Shown piece by piece: positions 1 through 10,410 of a DNA stretch of 57,362 bases; the first letter of the stretch is position 1, and each line of letters starts with the position of its first letter. Made by a program: the position numbers and the translations under genes. Under the pieces are notes generated by a model, which did not search any database, had not been told where the DNA came from, and worked only from the letters and a program-made list of their open reading frames with translations. Where the stretch lies: the sequence record SRR31156797_3941; one strand, 5' to 3'.

Positions 1-104
1 TCTTCGCTTACCCGGAGTCTTCGCTTACCTACTCGCAAAGCAGAAGCCCCATTTTTTGACAGACACTATCTAAACAACTGCGGCAAATGCCGATTAGACA
101 AGAC

Positions 105-701
105 ATGACACAACAGGTTAATTTCAATAAGGTTTCTTTTCTTATTTCCGCATTCTCTCTCAAGCAGCTACCGGATACAGGTTATCCGGAAATCGCCTTT
201 GCAGGGAGATCCAATGTAGGGAAGTCCAGTTTGATTAACTGTCTGGTTGGTAGAACCAGCCTAGTGAAGACAAGCTCTAAGCCGGGGAAAACCCAGAGTC
301 TTAATTATTTTGCTATTGATGATCAGCTTTACCTGGTCGATCTCCCCGGATATGGATTTGCGAAGGTGTCTAAAAAGGTACAAAACCAGTGGCTTGAGCT
401 GATTAACGGTTATCTCGAAAACAGAGAGCCGTTAAAAGTGGTTGTAGTTATTATCGATATTCGTCATGAGCTCAAGCAGTTAGACAGAGATCTTGTTGAC
501 TGGTTAAGGTATCACAACATTGTCTGCCAATTGGTGTACACCAAAGCCGACAAGCTGTCTAAAAATAAGCAAATACAAAATGCATCAGCACTAGATGCAG
601 GATTGTCCATTACAGCGAACGAGAGAATTATTTTTTCTGCGAAAAAAGGGCAGGGACTTGACGCGCTCAAACTAAAACTAGTCGAGCACGCCAGGGACTG
701 A
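105..701 (+). CDS. engB: Ribosome biogenesis GTP-binding protein YihA/YsxC (EngB)
   Basis: G1 GRSNVGKSS, G2 KPGKT, G3 DLPGYG and G4 TKADK motifs. ATG at 105 is preferred; 87 is the alternative start. Confidence 0.95.
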   Translation: MTQQVNFNKVSFLISAFSLKQLPDTGYPEIAFAGRSNVGKSSLINCLVGRTSLVKTSSKPGKTQSLNYFAIDDQLYLVDLPGYGFAKVSKKVQNQWLELINGYLENREPLKVVVVIIDIRHELKQLDRDLVDWLRYHNIVCQLVYTKADKLSKNKQIQNASALDAGLSITANERIIFSAKKGQGLDALKLKLVEHARD

Positions 702-716
702 TCGGTATGTATTTTT

Positions 717-2510
717 TTATTGGTCAGATTTAAGCACTGCCAAAAAGGCACTTTGTGGTATTTCCACATTACCAACGGTTTTCATCCGTTTTTTCCCAGC
801 CTTCTGTTTTTCGAGTAATTTCCTTTTTCGAGATATATCACCGCCGTAACACTTTGCAGTAACATCCTTTCTTAGAGCTGAAATATTTTTTCGTGCGACA
901 ATATTGCCGCCGATGGCAGCCTGGATGGCAATTTTGAACATCTGGCGAGGTATTTCATCTTGCAGCCTGTCGCATGCACCCAGTCCCCGTTCTCGTGCTT
1001 TTGTTCGATGAGTTAATTGAGAGAGAGCATCTACTTGCTCCCCGTTGACCAGAATATCCAGCTTCACCAAATCGCTGATACGGTAATCAAGTAACTCATA
1101 GTCAAAAGAACCATACCCTTGGGTAACTGATTTCAACCTATCGTAAAAGTCGTATATAACCTCAGCCAAAGGGAGCTCACAGGTGAACTCGATTCGTCCG
1201 GGCATAGGGTAATGATAGTTGGTGTTTTCCCCTCGTCGCTCCATGCACAAGTTCATAACAGCGCCCATGTAACGTTCTGGGATATGAATAGTAGCTTTAA
1301 GAAACGGTTCTTCAATTTTAGAAATTGACCCGGGGTCAGGGAAATAGGCGGGATTGTCCACGTTGGTCACCGTGCCATCCTGAAGGTAAAAAATGTATTT
1401 TACAGTAGGTACCGTGAGAATCAGTGAAATGTCAAATTCACGCTCAAGTCGCTCTTGAACAACTTCCAAGTGTAGCAGGCCAAGAAAGCCGCAGCGAAAA
1501 CCAAAACCAAGCGCAGCAGAAGAATCCTTCTGAAAGGTTAATGCTGCATCGTTAAGCTTGAGTTTTTCGAGCGCACTGGCCAGATCTTCATAATCTTCAG
1601 TGGAGATGGGGTAGATAGAAGAGAAGACAACCTGCTGGACTTCGCGAAACCCAGGAAGTGCAGAAGTACAGGGCTCAGTTTTTAGTGTAATGGTATCGCC
1701 TGGACGGGTATCGGATACCGTCTTCACACCGGCTATTATATATCCAATTTGGCCAGCACTCAGCGTTTTCTGTGGCACCCGTTTAAGTCCGAAAATACCG
1801 ATTTCCTCTACTCTGTATTCAGCCTTATTGGACATGAAAAAGATTTGGTCGCCGGTTTTTATCGTACCATTTATAATACGAACGGAAATAATAGTACCAC
1901 GATAGGGGTCATAATTTGCGTCAAAAACTAATGCCTGTAATGGTTCGTTAAGCTCTCCTTCCGGCGGAGGCAATAAGCGGGCAACGGATTCGAGCAGTTC
2001 TTGGACTCCTTCTCCTGTTTTTGCTGAACAGAGTTGAATACTATCCCCATCCAATCCTAAATCTTCCTCAATCTGTTTTACTACTTTTTCAGGCTCTGCT
2101 GCCGGCAGGTCAATCTTGTTAATCACTGGGATTATTTCCAGATCATTTTCCATGGCCAGGTAAAGGTTAGCAAGAGTCTGGGCTTCTATTCCTTGGGCAG
2201 CGTCAATGAGTAATAGTGCACCTTCACAGGAGGAAAGAGCCCTTGAAACCTCGTAACTGAAATCGACATGCCCGGGAGTGTCGACAAGATTGAAAGTGTA
2301 TTCTGTACCGTCACTCGCGGTAAAAGGAAGGCATATTGTCTGCGACTTGATGGTAATTCCACGCTCACGCTCGATGTCCATGTTGTCAAGCAATTGATCT
2401 TTAAACTCACGATCAGTCACCATTTTGCAAAATTGGATTATTCTATCTGCAAGAGTGGACTTGCCGTGATCTATATGAGCTATTATGCTGAAATTTCGTA
2501 TATTATCCAT
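717..2510 (-). CDS. lepA: Elongation factor 4 (LepA)
   Basis: NIRNFSIIAHIDHGKSTLADR, DTPGHVDF, GFRCGFLGLLH and C-terminal KCYGGDISRKRKLLEKQK; 597 aa. Confidence 0.99.
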   Translation of the reverse strand: MDNIRNFSIIAHIDHGKSTLADRIIQFCKMVTDREFKDQLLDNMDIERERGITIKSQTICLPFTASDGTEYTFNLVDTPGHVDFSYEVSRALSSCEGALLLIDAAQGIEAQTLANLYLAMENDLEIIPVINKIDLPAAEPEKVVKQIEEDLGLDGDSIQLCSAKTGEGVQELLESVARLLPPPEGELNEPLQALVFDANYDPYRGTIISVRIINGTIKTGDQIFFMSNKAEYRVEEIGIFGLKRVPQKTLSAGQIGYIIAGVKTVSDTRPGDTITLKTEPCTSALPGFREVQQVVFSSIYPISTEDYEDLASALEKLKLNDAALTFQKDSSAALGFGFRCGFLGLLHLEVVQERLEREFDISLILTVPTVKYIFYLQDGTVTNVDNPAYFPDPGSISKIEEPFLKATIHIPERYMGAVMNLCMERRGENTNYHYPMPGRIEFTCELPLAEVIYDFYDRLKSVTQGYGSFDYELLDYRISDLVKLDILVNGEQVDALSQLTHRTKARERGLGACDRLQDEIPRQMFKIAIQAAIGGNIVARKNISALRKDVTAKCYGGDISRKRKLLEKQKAGKKRMKTVGNVEIPQSAFLAVLKSDQ

Positions 2511-2799
2511 CTGCCATCTGTTAGTTTAGGGATTACTTGAAAAAGAAGCGGCTATAAATAGCATAGTTTACCATAAAAAAAAACTCTTCTACGAATTGTT
2601 ATCATATTAAAGTGAAAAAAAATAATTAATATAGTACAGTTGTTACAGACGAATATTCACAGTACAGTATATATATCGTCATTTTTTTCTTATTATAAAG
2701 CTTAGCATAGTGATTATAAAAACTGCTTTTCACTAAGTGCCAGCTAAGAGGTAAAAACAAGACAGGCTGCGCAGTATACAGCCCTAACTGGTTTTATAT

Positions 2800-3786
2800 A
2801 TGACTAAATCACGCGATAAGGCTTCGTTAGATCCCAACAACGCACAGCATCATCCACTGGTGGTAACCTCCAACGAAGAAAACCTGCCGGCCTTGAGTAA
2901 TCCGGCCTTGCATAGGTACCTCCAGGAAATCAGTCAGTATGAGCTTTTGAGCCGTGAAGAAACTGAGGCTCTGGCTACCCGTTTCCAAGAAACAGGTGAC
3001 CCTGACGCCGCATATCGCCTAGTGTCTGCAAACTTGCGTCTCGTGGTCAAAGTTGCCATGGACTTTCAGAAATACTGGATGCAAAACTTCATGGATCTCA
3101 TCCAAGAAGGTAATGTAGGTCTGGTCCAGGCAACCAAAAAGTTTGATCCTTACCGAGGAGTTAAGTTTTCCTATTATGCAGCCTATTGGATAAGAGCTTA
3201 TATCCTGAAATTTATCATGGATAACTGGCGATTGGTAAAGATCGGTACGACCCAAGCGCAGCGCAAATTGTTTTTTAGTTTGAACAAGGAAAAAAAACTT
3301 TTAGAAGCCCAAGGGTTCAAACCCGAGGTTAAACTGCTTGCTGAACGGCTCAATGTCAAAGAAAGTGAAGTTATTGAGATGGGCCAGCGTATGGACAACT
3401 GGGATGTATCCCTAGAGGCACCTGTACGAAGTGACTCCGAAGATGAACAAAAAAGCTTTCTGCCACAAGAAGGACCAGGCATTGAGGAAATTGTCGCCAG
3501 CCAGGAAATGCGTGAGCGCCTGATGGAAATCTTGGCAGGGCTCAACGATAAATTGAATGAAAAAGAGCAAGTTATCCTTCGTACTCGGCTTTTAAGCGAC
3601 GAGCCGAAAACATTGCAGACCATTGCCGACGAATTTCATATTTCAAGGGAAAGAGTTCGCCAGATTGAAGCGAATCTCCTCAAAAAACTCCGTAAGCAGT
3701 TGGAGAAAGAGATGCCCGATATTCATGATTTTTTCAACGGTGAAAGCATGATTCTCGCCAGTAAGCCCATCAAAGAAACCACCTGA
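2800..3786 (+). CDS. rpoH: RNA polymerase sigma-32 (RpoH)-family sigma factor
   Basis: Region 2 DLIQEGNVGL...FDPYRGVKFSYYAAYWIRA, RpoH-box-like TTQAQRKLFFSL, region 4 ISRERVRQIE. Confidence 0.85.
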   Translation: MTKSRDKASLDPNNAQHHPLVVTSNEENLPALSNPALHRYLQEISQYELLSREETEALATRFQETGDPDAAYRLVSANLRLVVKVAMDFQKYWMQNFMDLIQEGNVGLVQATKKFDPYRGVKFSYYAAYWIRAYILKFIMDNWRLVKIGTTQAQRKLFFSLNKEKKLLEAQGFKPEVKLLAERLNVKESEVIEMGQRMDNWDVSLEAPVRSDSEDEQKSFLPQEGPGIEEIVASQEMRERLMEILAGLNDKLNEKEQVILRTRLLSDEPKTLQTIADEFHISRERVRQIEANLLKKLRKQLEKEMPDIHDFFNGESMILASKPIKETT

Positions 3787-3835
3787 TTTTTTCTTTTTTC
3801 TCTATTATTTTTAAATTTTTATAGACTTATATTTT

Positions 3836-5020
3836 ATGAATGTACCACTACTTGATTTGAAGCCTCAACTTGAGGTACTTCGATCTGAGATTCTTGATAC
3901 TGTAACAAGTGTTATTGATTCCACTGGATATATCTTAGGGCCTGTTGTCGAACGTTTTGAAAACGAAGTTGCCGAGTATACCGGCTCCAAATACGGAGTT
4001 GGTGTTTCAAGCGGGACAGATGCTCTGTTGGCATCATTAATATCGTTGAATATTGGTGAGGGTGATCGTGTCTTAACGACCCCCTACACTTTTTTTGCGA
4101 CAATGGGAACCATCCTTCGTGCGGGAGCCACTCCCGTCTTTGTCGATATAGAAAAAGATAGTTTTAATATTGATCCTAAATTGGCCGCTGATGCACTGCA
4201 AAAAGCAGCGGGCAGTTCAAACCCTATTAAAGCTATTATGCCTGTCCATCTCTATGGCCAATGTGCTGATATGCAGCCGCTTTTGGCCCTAAGTAAGGAA
4301 TATTCAGTTCCGATTATTGAGGATGCTGCTCAGGCTATTGGGGCAGAGTATCCACTGCAGAAAGACGGGTCATTGGAATGGGTAAGAGCTGGGAGCATGG
4401 GGATTGCAGGATGTTTTTCATTTTTCCCAAGCAAAAATCTTGGTGGAATTGGTGATGGGGGAATGGTAACCACCTCGGACAAAGAATATGCGGCCATATT
4501 GCGATTCAATCGTAATCATGGTGCAGAGCCTAAATATTACCACTCCAGAATTGGAGGAAATTTTAGGCTCGATACCATCCAGGCCGCTGTACTTTCCGTC
4601 AAGCTCAAACATCTCCAAAATTGGCACCAGGCAAGGCGTAAAAATGCAGCCGTTTACAGCTCTCTCTTCGCAGATGCCGGATTAGTAGAGGAGCCCGTGC
4701 AGTTACCTAAAACTGTTTATAGTATACATGATGATCATGAACAGCATAATCACCACATATACAATCAATTTATAATCAAGGTACCCCAAAGAGATAAATT
4801 GCGCGAACACCTTGCTAATAACTCCATCGGCAGTGAGATATACTATCCGCTGTGTTTGCATCAACAGGAATGCGTTTCAGGGATTTCGAGCATTGCTAAA
4901 CAGCATTTTCCTGTGGCGGAAGAAGCAGCCTCGACATCTCTTGCTTTACCGATTTACCCGGAACTCTCTGAAGAACAATTAGAATATGTTGTTCGAACGA
5001 TAAAGAATTTTTATCAATAA
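3836..5020 (+). CDS. DegT/DnrJ/EryC1/StrS family PLP-dependent sugar aminotransferase
   Basis: SSGTDAL, PVHLYGQ, IEDAAQAIG and the PLP-lysine motif SFFPSKNLGGIGDGG. Confidence 0.93.
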   Translation: MNVPLLDLKPQLEVLRSEILDTVTSVIDSTGYILGPVVERFENEVAEYTGSKYGVGVSSGTDALLASLISLNIGEGDRVLTTPYTFFATMGTILRAGATPVFVDIEKDSFNIDPKLAADALQKAAGSSNPIKAIMPVHLYGQCADMQPLLALSKEYSVPIIEDAAQAIGAEYPLQKDGSLEWVRAGSMGIAGCFSFFPSKNLGGIGDGGMVTTSDKEYAAILRFNRNHGAEPKYYHSRIGGNFRLDTIQAAVLSVKLKHLQNWHQARRKNAAVYSSLFADAGLVEEPVQLPKTVYSIHDDHEQHNHHIYNQFIIKVPQRDKLREHLANNSIGSEIYYPLCLHQQECVSGISSIAKQHFPVAEEAASTSLALPIYPELSEEQLEYVVRTIKNFYQ

Positions 5021-5043
5021 ATCCCCTTACCGGGGTAATTTTC

Positions 5044-6366
5044 ATGATAAGTAAATCTTTCGGGCAAAGTTTAGTATTGTTTCCTGTTACTGTGGCTTTG
5101 CTGGTAGGAACCAGCCTGTCAGCAAATGCAGTAACCAAAGAAAACGAAGCTGACAACCTTGTACCAGCACGGGATATCGCATATGCGTCCCAAGACGCGC
5201 CTGTTTGGAAACTCACGTGGGATAAGGCGCGCGAGATGTCCCGTAACGGGAACTACGATAAGGCGCTCACCAATTTCACTGTTTTACTTGACAATAAACC
5301 AAACCTTGATGAGGCCAGGGGGGAGTATATCTCTGTACTGCTTCATCTGGGAAAATGGTATCAAGCGGAAAAACAATTAAATATTCTTTTGGCGAAAGGG
5401 CAGGTAAAAACGCAATATCTTTTTGCGCAGGCAAAGATTGCACTCCATACCGACAACCAACAACAAGCCGAACAACTTTACCGAAAACTCCTTGTTCATT
5501 TTCCGGCAGGGCAAAAGAACATTACAATATTGGATGGCTTGAGTAAGTCACTTATTGAGCAAGGAAAATATCAATTAGCAGTGCCTTTTGTCGAACAGCT
5601 AATGATCCAACTGCCTGATAACGCAATTTATACTCGCCGTGCAGCTCTGCTATATACACATTTAGAACGCTTTGACAGGGCAGGCGAATTTTTACCACAG
5701 GTATATGGGGTTTACCCCGCCGATTCGGAAGTGATCAGGGCATGCGCCCTGGCAGCAGAGCATAGAGGTAACCTGGAGGAATCTGCAAGGTTTTGGCAGG
5801 AATTGATAGCAGTGGTTCCCAATGATGAAGCCGCCAACTTTGCCCTAATCAGTTACTATCGCCTCAGAGGTAACCTTTCCATGGAGTTGCTCCACCTTGA
5901 AAGGTTGATGTCCATTATAGAACAAGACATTTCGCTCACCCAACGGCAGGCCGAAATATTTCTTGATAAAGGGCGTGCAGACAGGGCGTTGGAGATATGT
6001 GATTCGTTGATGCCTACTTATCCAAACAACGAATCACTTCTCAAGCTGCGACGCACCTCCTTAATCGCTTTAGCCTCTGACCTATTGGTAATAGTTGAAA
6101 ACAGCGGTTCAAAACTTTTATGGGAAGACCTGCTGGAGGTTACCTATTACAGAGTGGAAGTTTATAAAATAATGGCTGATTTCCTCCGTGAAAAGGGTGA
6201 GCTCAGCGAATTAACAGATATTTTGCTTCTCATTGCAAAAGAAGTACCAACGAGTGATCCAGTATGGCAGGAGCTGGAAAGGTTGCTGATTACTCAAGGC
6301 AGAAGCAAGGAGCTGGCTGCTTTGCATAAAAAAATCCAGCTGGATGGCAGCCAAGGGATCAATTGA
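5044..6366 (+). CDS. Secreted tetratricopeptide-repeat protein
   Basis: N-terminal signal peptide (..SLSANA) followed by repeated helical TPR-like units. Confidence 0.75.
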   Translation: MISKSFGQSLVLFPVTVALLVGTSLSANAVTKENEADNLVPARDIAYASQDAPVWKLTWDKAREMSRNGNYDKALTNFTVLLDNKPNLDEARGEYISVLLHLGKWYQAEKQLNILLAKGQVKTQYLFAQAKIALHTDNQQQAEQLYRKLLVHFPAGQKNITILDGLSKSLIEQGKYQLAVPFVEQLMIQLPDNAIYTRRAALLYTHLERFDRAGEFLPQVYGVYPADSEVIRACALAAEHRGNLEESARFWQELIAVVPNDEAANFALISYYRLRGNLSMELLHLERLMSIIEQDISLTQRQAEIFLDKGRADRALEICDSLMPTYPNNESLLKLRRTSLIALASDLLVIVENSGSKLLWEDLLEVTYYRVEVYKIMADFLREKGELSELTDILLLIAKEVPTSDPVWQELERLLITQGRSKELAALHKKIQLDGSQGIN

Positions 6367-6512
6367 TACTATTTAATAACAGCAGGGGTAATCTACACCC
6401 ATCACATATAGCTTTCTCGCGAAAAAACAGGCACTCGACTGCAAACTTTTTTCAGGATCGTTGGAAAAGCTATACCTGCAAAAACAACAATTTATAGCAA
6501 GAGGAAGAAGTA

Positions 6513-6998
6513 ATGGTTGAACGTATACCTATGTCCCTTACAGGAAACAAACAACTTCGTAGCGAACTCGATAGGCTTGAAAGAGTGGAGCGTCACGAAA
6601 CAGTGAAGGCTATAGAGGTAGCCAGGGAACATGGCGATCTTAAAGAAAATGCCGAGTATCATGCTGCAAAAGAACGACAAGGTATGATTGAAGGTCGAAT
6701 AATGGAGTTGAAAGATAAGCTCGGAAGAGCAGAAATAATAGATTGCTCCCAGGTTCCTGTAGAAAGGGCAATTTTCGGAACAGTGATCACCCTGATGGAC
6801 ATGGAGACCGACGAAGAAGTGACCTACCAGCTTCTAGGTCCGGAAGAGGCAGATGTAAAAAAAGGATCAATCTCTGTCTTGTCGCCACTTGGTAGGTCAA
6901 TCCTCGGTAAAGAGGTTGGAGATGATGTGGTAACCAAAACGCCTGGTGGGGTTCGAGAATTTGAGGTAGTCGATATAGCTGTTGGTACAATCCAATAA
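6513..6998 (+). CDS. greA: Transcription elongation factor GreA
   Basis: AREHGDLKENAEYHAAKE and ISVLSPLGRSILGK; RBS GAGGA upstream. Confidence 0.97.
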   Translation: MVERIPMSLTGNKQLRSELDRLERVERHETVKAIEVAREHGDLKENAEYHAAKERQGMIEGRIMELKDKLGRAEIIDCSQVPVERAIFGTVITLMDMETDEEVTYQLLGPEEADVKKGSISVLSPLGRSILGKEVGDDVVTKTPGGVREFEVVDIAVGTIQ

Positions 6999-7029
6999 GT
7001 AGGTGCGGATCATAACCAACCGTATAGAG

Positions 7030-7067
7030 TGATCAGCATCTTTGGAGTGGGGCAGGGTTGCTGATCA
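7030..7067. terminator. Hairpin between convergent greA and tetR, probable terminator
   Basis: 9-bp inverted repeat TGATCAGCA...TGCTGATCA with additional inner G-U pairing; no strong U-tract. Confidence 0.45.
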
Positions 7068-7147
7068 AGTAAGACAGCGAAGATTATATTTTGTTAAGGT
7101 TGGCACCTTACCAGAAAGTTTACCTTGGTTTTTTCTAAAAAAGTTGC

Positions 7148-7747
7148 TTACTCTTTGCCGGCTACCATGACACCTTGCTGAAAAATGGCTGTCAGTTGGT
7201 TGGTCACCTCTTCAACAGTGAATTCCATGCCGATTTCATTACCTGGTCCCCAAATACGTGATATTTCATCCAGTGCGCCAAAAAGTATTTGTTTAGCGAT
7301 ATCAGATTCAATATCCTGACGGAAAATGCGCTTTTGTTTACCTTCCTCAATAATGGAAGAGACTATATTGAGGTAATTACTAAAGCTGTTTTTTCGGTAG
7401 TCGCGGACAAGTTTATTGGTTTGCCTGAGTTCAATGTGTATGACCTCAGCAAGATTTTTATTTTTCTTCATCTCTTCGAGATGTTTACCAATAAAAATTT
7501 CCAATTTAACCTTGGGGTCGTCTTCTTTATTGATAAGTTCGGTGATTTGCTCGATGAGCTTACCTATTTCCTGCTCAAAAACAGAAATAAGAATATCAAA
7601 CTTATTTTTAAAGTAGAGATATATAGTGCCGTCTGCCACCTTAGCCTCTTTTGCAATATCAGAAATTCGGGCATTAAAAAAACCCTTTTTTGCAAAAACC
7701 TTGGTGGCAGCACGAATAATTTTTCGATGCTTATCAGCTGATTTCAT
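7148..7747 (-). CDS. TetR/AcrR family regulator, FadR(YsiA)-like
   Basis: HTH AATKVFAKKGFFNARISDIAKEAKVADGTIYLYFKNK; C-terminal IELRQ and LFGALDE resemble Bacillus FadR/YsiA. Confidence 0.9.
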   Translation of the reverse strand: MKSADKHRKIIRAATKVFAKKGFFNARISDIAKEAKVADGTIYLYFKNKFDILISVFEQEIGKLIEQITELINKEDDPKVKLEIFIGKHLEEMKKNKNLAEVIHIELRQTNKLVRDYRKNSFSNYLNIVSSIIEEGKQKRIFRQDIESDIAKQILFGALDEISRIWGPGNEIGMEFTVEEVTNQLTAIFQQGVMVAGKE

Positions 7748-7776
7748 TTATATGTTTGGGGGGAATTTACCTTAAA

Positions 7777-7796
7777 ATGAATGAGCCCTCATTCTT
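7777..7796. promoter_or_regulatory. Palindromic FadR-box-like operator of the tetR gene
   Basis: ATGAATGAGCCCTCATTCTT (GAATGAG-N2-CTCATTC), 30 bp upstream of the tetR ATG. Confidence 0.7.
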
Positions 7797-7797
7797 G

Positions 7798-7826
7798 AGG
7801 TTAACAACAGTGACAAACTGTGTCAA
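7798..7826 (-). promoter_or_regulatory. Sigma-70 promoter of tetR
   Basis: Minus strand TTGACA-17 nt-TAACCT. Confidence 0.65.
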
Positions 7827-7990
7827 GAAAAATGCCTGATAAAATTCATCGAAGTTCATGCATAATTTATTATTTAAACAAGGAATTTCATTAAATCCGA
7901 CCGGTTTTTACTGGACGGATGCTATATCTTTTTATTAGGTATGCAGAAAAATAATCAACAGCCTAAAATTTTGGCTTAGGAGATTGGATA

Positions 7991-9763
7991 ATGAAAATTT
8001 TGGTAATCGGTAGCGGCGGTCGCGAACACGCTCTTGTTTGGAAGCTCAAACAGTCATCACGGGCAAGTAAAATATTTTGCGCACCTGGCAATGCAGGCAT
8101 AAGTAAAATTGCCACATGCGTTGATATCGCTGCTGGCGATGTTGAAAATTTACTGCAATTTGCACTCAATGAATCCATAGATCTTACTGTGGTCGGCCCT
8201 GAAGATCCACTTACTAGCGGTATTGTCGATACATTTGAAGATAAGGGGCTGCGTATTTTCGGGCCATCAAAGGCTGGGGCAGAACTTGAGGCAAGCAAAG
8301 CTTTTACTAAGGATTTTCTTAAAAAATATAATATTCCCAGCGCCTCATACAAAGTATTCAGCAAACCTGGACAAGCCAAAAAATATATAGATAAAATTGG
8401 TGCCCCTTGTGTGGTGAAAGCAGATGGCCTCGCTGCTGGCAAAGGTGTCATTATTGCCGAGAGCAAAGACATTGCTAAACAAGCTGTAGACGCCATAATG
8501 AAAGAAAAGCGTTTTGGGGTTGCCGGAGAAAGGGTTGTTGTAGAAAGTTTTTTACGTGGGGAAGAGGCCTCGTTTATTGCCTTTACTGATGGGAAAACCG
8601 TTTTACCGTTACCTTCATCTCAAGATCATAAGGCGGCCTTTGAAGGGGATAGAGGGCCAAATACCGGCGGCATGGGCGCTTACTCACCTGCTCCTATTCT
8701 AACCGACCATTTGACCATGCGTGTTATGAATGAAGTCATGCTGCCCACTGTGAGGGGGATGGCAGAGGAAGGGCGTCCTTATAAAGGGATGCTTTACGCA
8801 GGCCTAATGATAGATAATGATAAAATAAATGTACTCGAATTTAACTGCCGGTTTGGGGATCCTGAGTGCCAGCCTCTCCTGATGCGTTTGAACAGTGACT
8901 TGGTTGATGTACTTGAACACTGTATTGATCAGACCCTCGACGAGATAGAGTTGGATATTGATCCGCGACCTACAGTATGTGTTGTCATGGCCTCAGGCGG
9001 CTACCCTGGAGATTATACAAAGGGCAAGGCTATCACAGGGTTGATCAAGGCAGGGAGGATCAAGAATGTTGAGGTCTTCCATGCGGGAACAACCACTGCA
9101 AACAGAAGGACAGTTACTAACGGCGGTAGAGTACTTGGTATTACCGCCATAGGGCAAAATATTGAAAAGGCGATTCAACTCGCGTACCAGGCCGTCGATG
9201 AGATTAGCTGGTCAGAATCCTATTACCGACGCGACATAGGACATCGAGCTTTAAAACGCTTAAAACAGCAGGAGGGACCATCTGTCGGCATTCTTATGGG
9301 TAGTGACTCTGATTTGCCCGTAATGCAGGCTGCTGCAGACGTACTCAAAAGCTTTGATATATCATATGAGATTCTCATTGCTTCTGCACACAGGACGCCT
9401 GCTCAAGCTGCAGATTATGCACAAACAGCCTACGAACGCGGCGTAAAATTGATCATTGCCGGTGCCGGAATGGCCGCGCATCTCGCTGGTGTTTTGGCTG
9501 CGCATACCACAATACCGGTTATTGGTGTGCCAATTGACGCCTCTTCGCTTAACGGTCTTGATGCGTTGCTGTCAACGGTTCAAATGCCCCCTGGAATCCC
9601 GGTTGCAACTATGGGTATCGGTAAAGCTGGAGCCAAAAATGCTGCGGTATTAGCAGCACGTATTCTTGGTATTACCGACCAAGAGATGCAGGAGAAACTG
9701 ACGCAACACGCTCTTGATATGGAACAGCAAGTATTGGAAAAAAATAATGCTTTAAAAGCATGA
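7991..9763 (+). CDS. purD: Fused phosphoribosylamine-glycine ligase (PurD) and N5-CAIR mutase (PurE)
   Basis: PurD motifs GSGGREHAL, GPNTGGMGAYSP and EFNCRFGDPE are followed in frame by PurE motifs ILMGSDSD, SAHRTP, AGMAAHLAG and STVQMPPGIPVAT. Confidence 0.96.
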   Translation: MKILVIGSGGREHALVWKLKQSSRASKIFCAPGNAGISKIATCVDIAAGDVENLLQFALNESIDLTVVGPEDPLTSGIVDTFEDKGLRIFGPSKAGAELEASKAFTKDFLKKYNIPSASYKVFSKPGQAKKYIDKIGAPCVVKADGLAAGKGVIIAESKDIAKQAVDAIMKEKRFGVAGERVVVESFLRGEEASFIAFTDGKTVLPLPSSQDHKAAFEGDRGPNTGGMGAYSPAPILTDHLTMRVMNEVMLPTVRGMAEEGRPYKGMLYAGLMIDNDKINVLEFNCRFGDPECQPLLMRLNSDLVDVLEHCIDQTLDEIELDIDPRPTVCVVMASGGYPGDYTKGKAITGLIKAGRIKNVEVFHAGTTTANRRTVTNGGRVLGITAIGQNIEKAIQLAYQAVDEISWSESYYRRDIGHRALKRLKQQEGPSVGILMGSDSDLPVMQAAADVLKSFDISYEILIASAHRTPAQAADYAQTAYERGVKLIIAGAGMAAHLAGVLAAHTTIPVIGVPIDASSLNGLDALLSTVQMPPGIPVATMGIGKAGAKNAAVLAARILGITDQEMQEKLTQHALDMEQQVLEKNNALKA

Positions 9764-10383
9764 TCATACTACCTGCCGACGAGCAATCAATCCGCCAGGC
9801 TGCTTGCGTATTACGTGCCGGCGGTTTGGTTGCATATCCGACAGAAACGTACTATGGCCTTGGTGTAGACCCGTACAACCAACAAGCTTTAAAAAAGCTT
9901 TTTAAGATTAAAAAAAGGGCGGCACACTTACCTATCCTCGTTTTGATTGCTGGTGTAAAACAGGCAGAAAAGTTGGCCGCCCTTCCGTTACCAAAAAGCT
10001 TTACGCAACTTGCTGAACAATTCTGGCCTGGTCCGGTAACTCTTGTGTGTGCAGCACGTTCAGAGCTCCCGAACGCGTTAACCGGTGGTACTCGGACCAT
10101 TGGGATGCGTCAATCTTCCCATGTTGTTGCCCGACAACTTGTAAAGGCCTTTGGTGGACCAGTAACGGCCACAAGTGCCAACCTGTCTGGCAGTGCACCC
10201 GCAAACACTGCTGAGCAGGTCGCAGCTTATTTTGCAGACGACATAGATATTATTCTCGATGGCGGTGAAACAGCAGGTACGAAAGGATCAACTCTTGTCA
10301 TGTGCAAGCATGGATCCATAGAATGTATTCGTCAAGGAATGATTGAATTTCAGACCATTAAAGAGAAGAACCGTATGTTGTGA
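9760..10383 (+). CDS. tsaC: L-threonylcarbamoyladenylate synthase (TsaC/YrdC/Sua5 family)
   Basis: VAYPTETYYGL, FWPGPVTL and TATSANLSG; ATGA overlap with the upstream gene. Confidence 0.93.
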   Translation: MIILPADEQSIRQAACVLRAGGLVAYPTETYYGLGVDPYNQQALKKLFKIKKRAAHLPILVLIAGVKQAEKLAALPLPKSFTQLAEQFWPGPVTLVCAARSELPNALTGGTRTIGMRQSSHVVARQLVKAFGGPVTATSANLSGSAPANTAEQVAAYFADDIDIILDGGETAGTKGSTLVMCKHGSIECIRQGMIEFQTIKEKNRML

Positions 10384-10410
10384 AACTGGTTCAACGAACA
10401 GGAGATAAAA

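Noticed and set aside
2702-2748. TTAGCA... upstream of rpoH as a possible CIRCE element
   Set aside because: It does not fit TTAGCACTC-N9-GAGTGCTAA; the second arm is absent at the required spacing.
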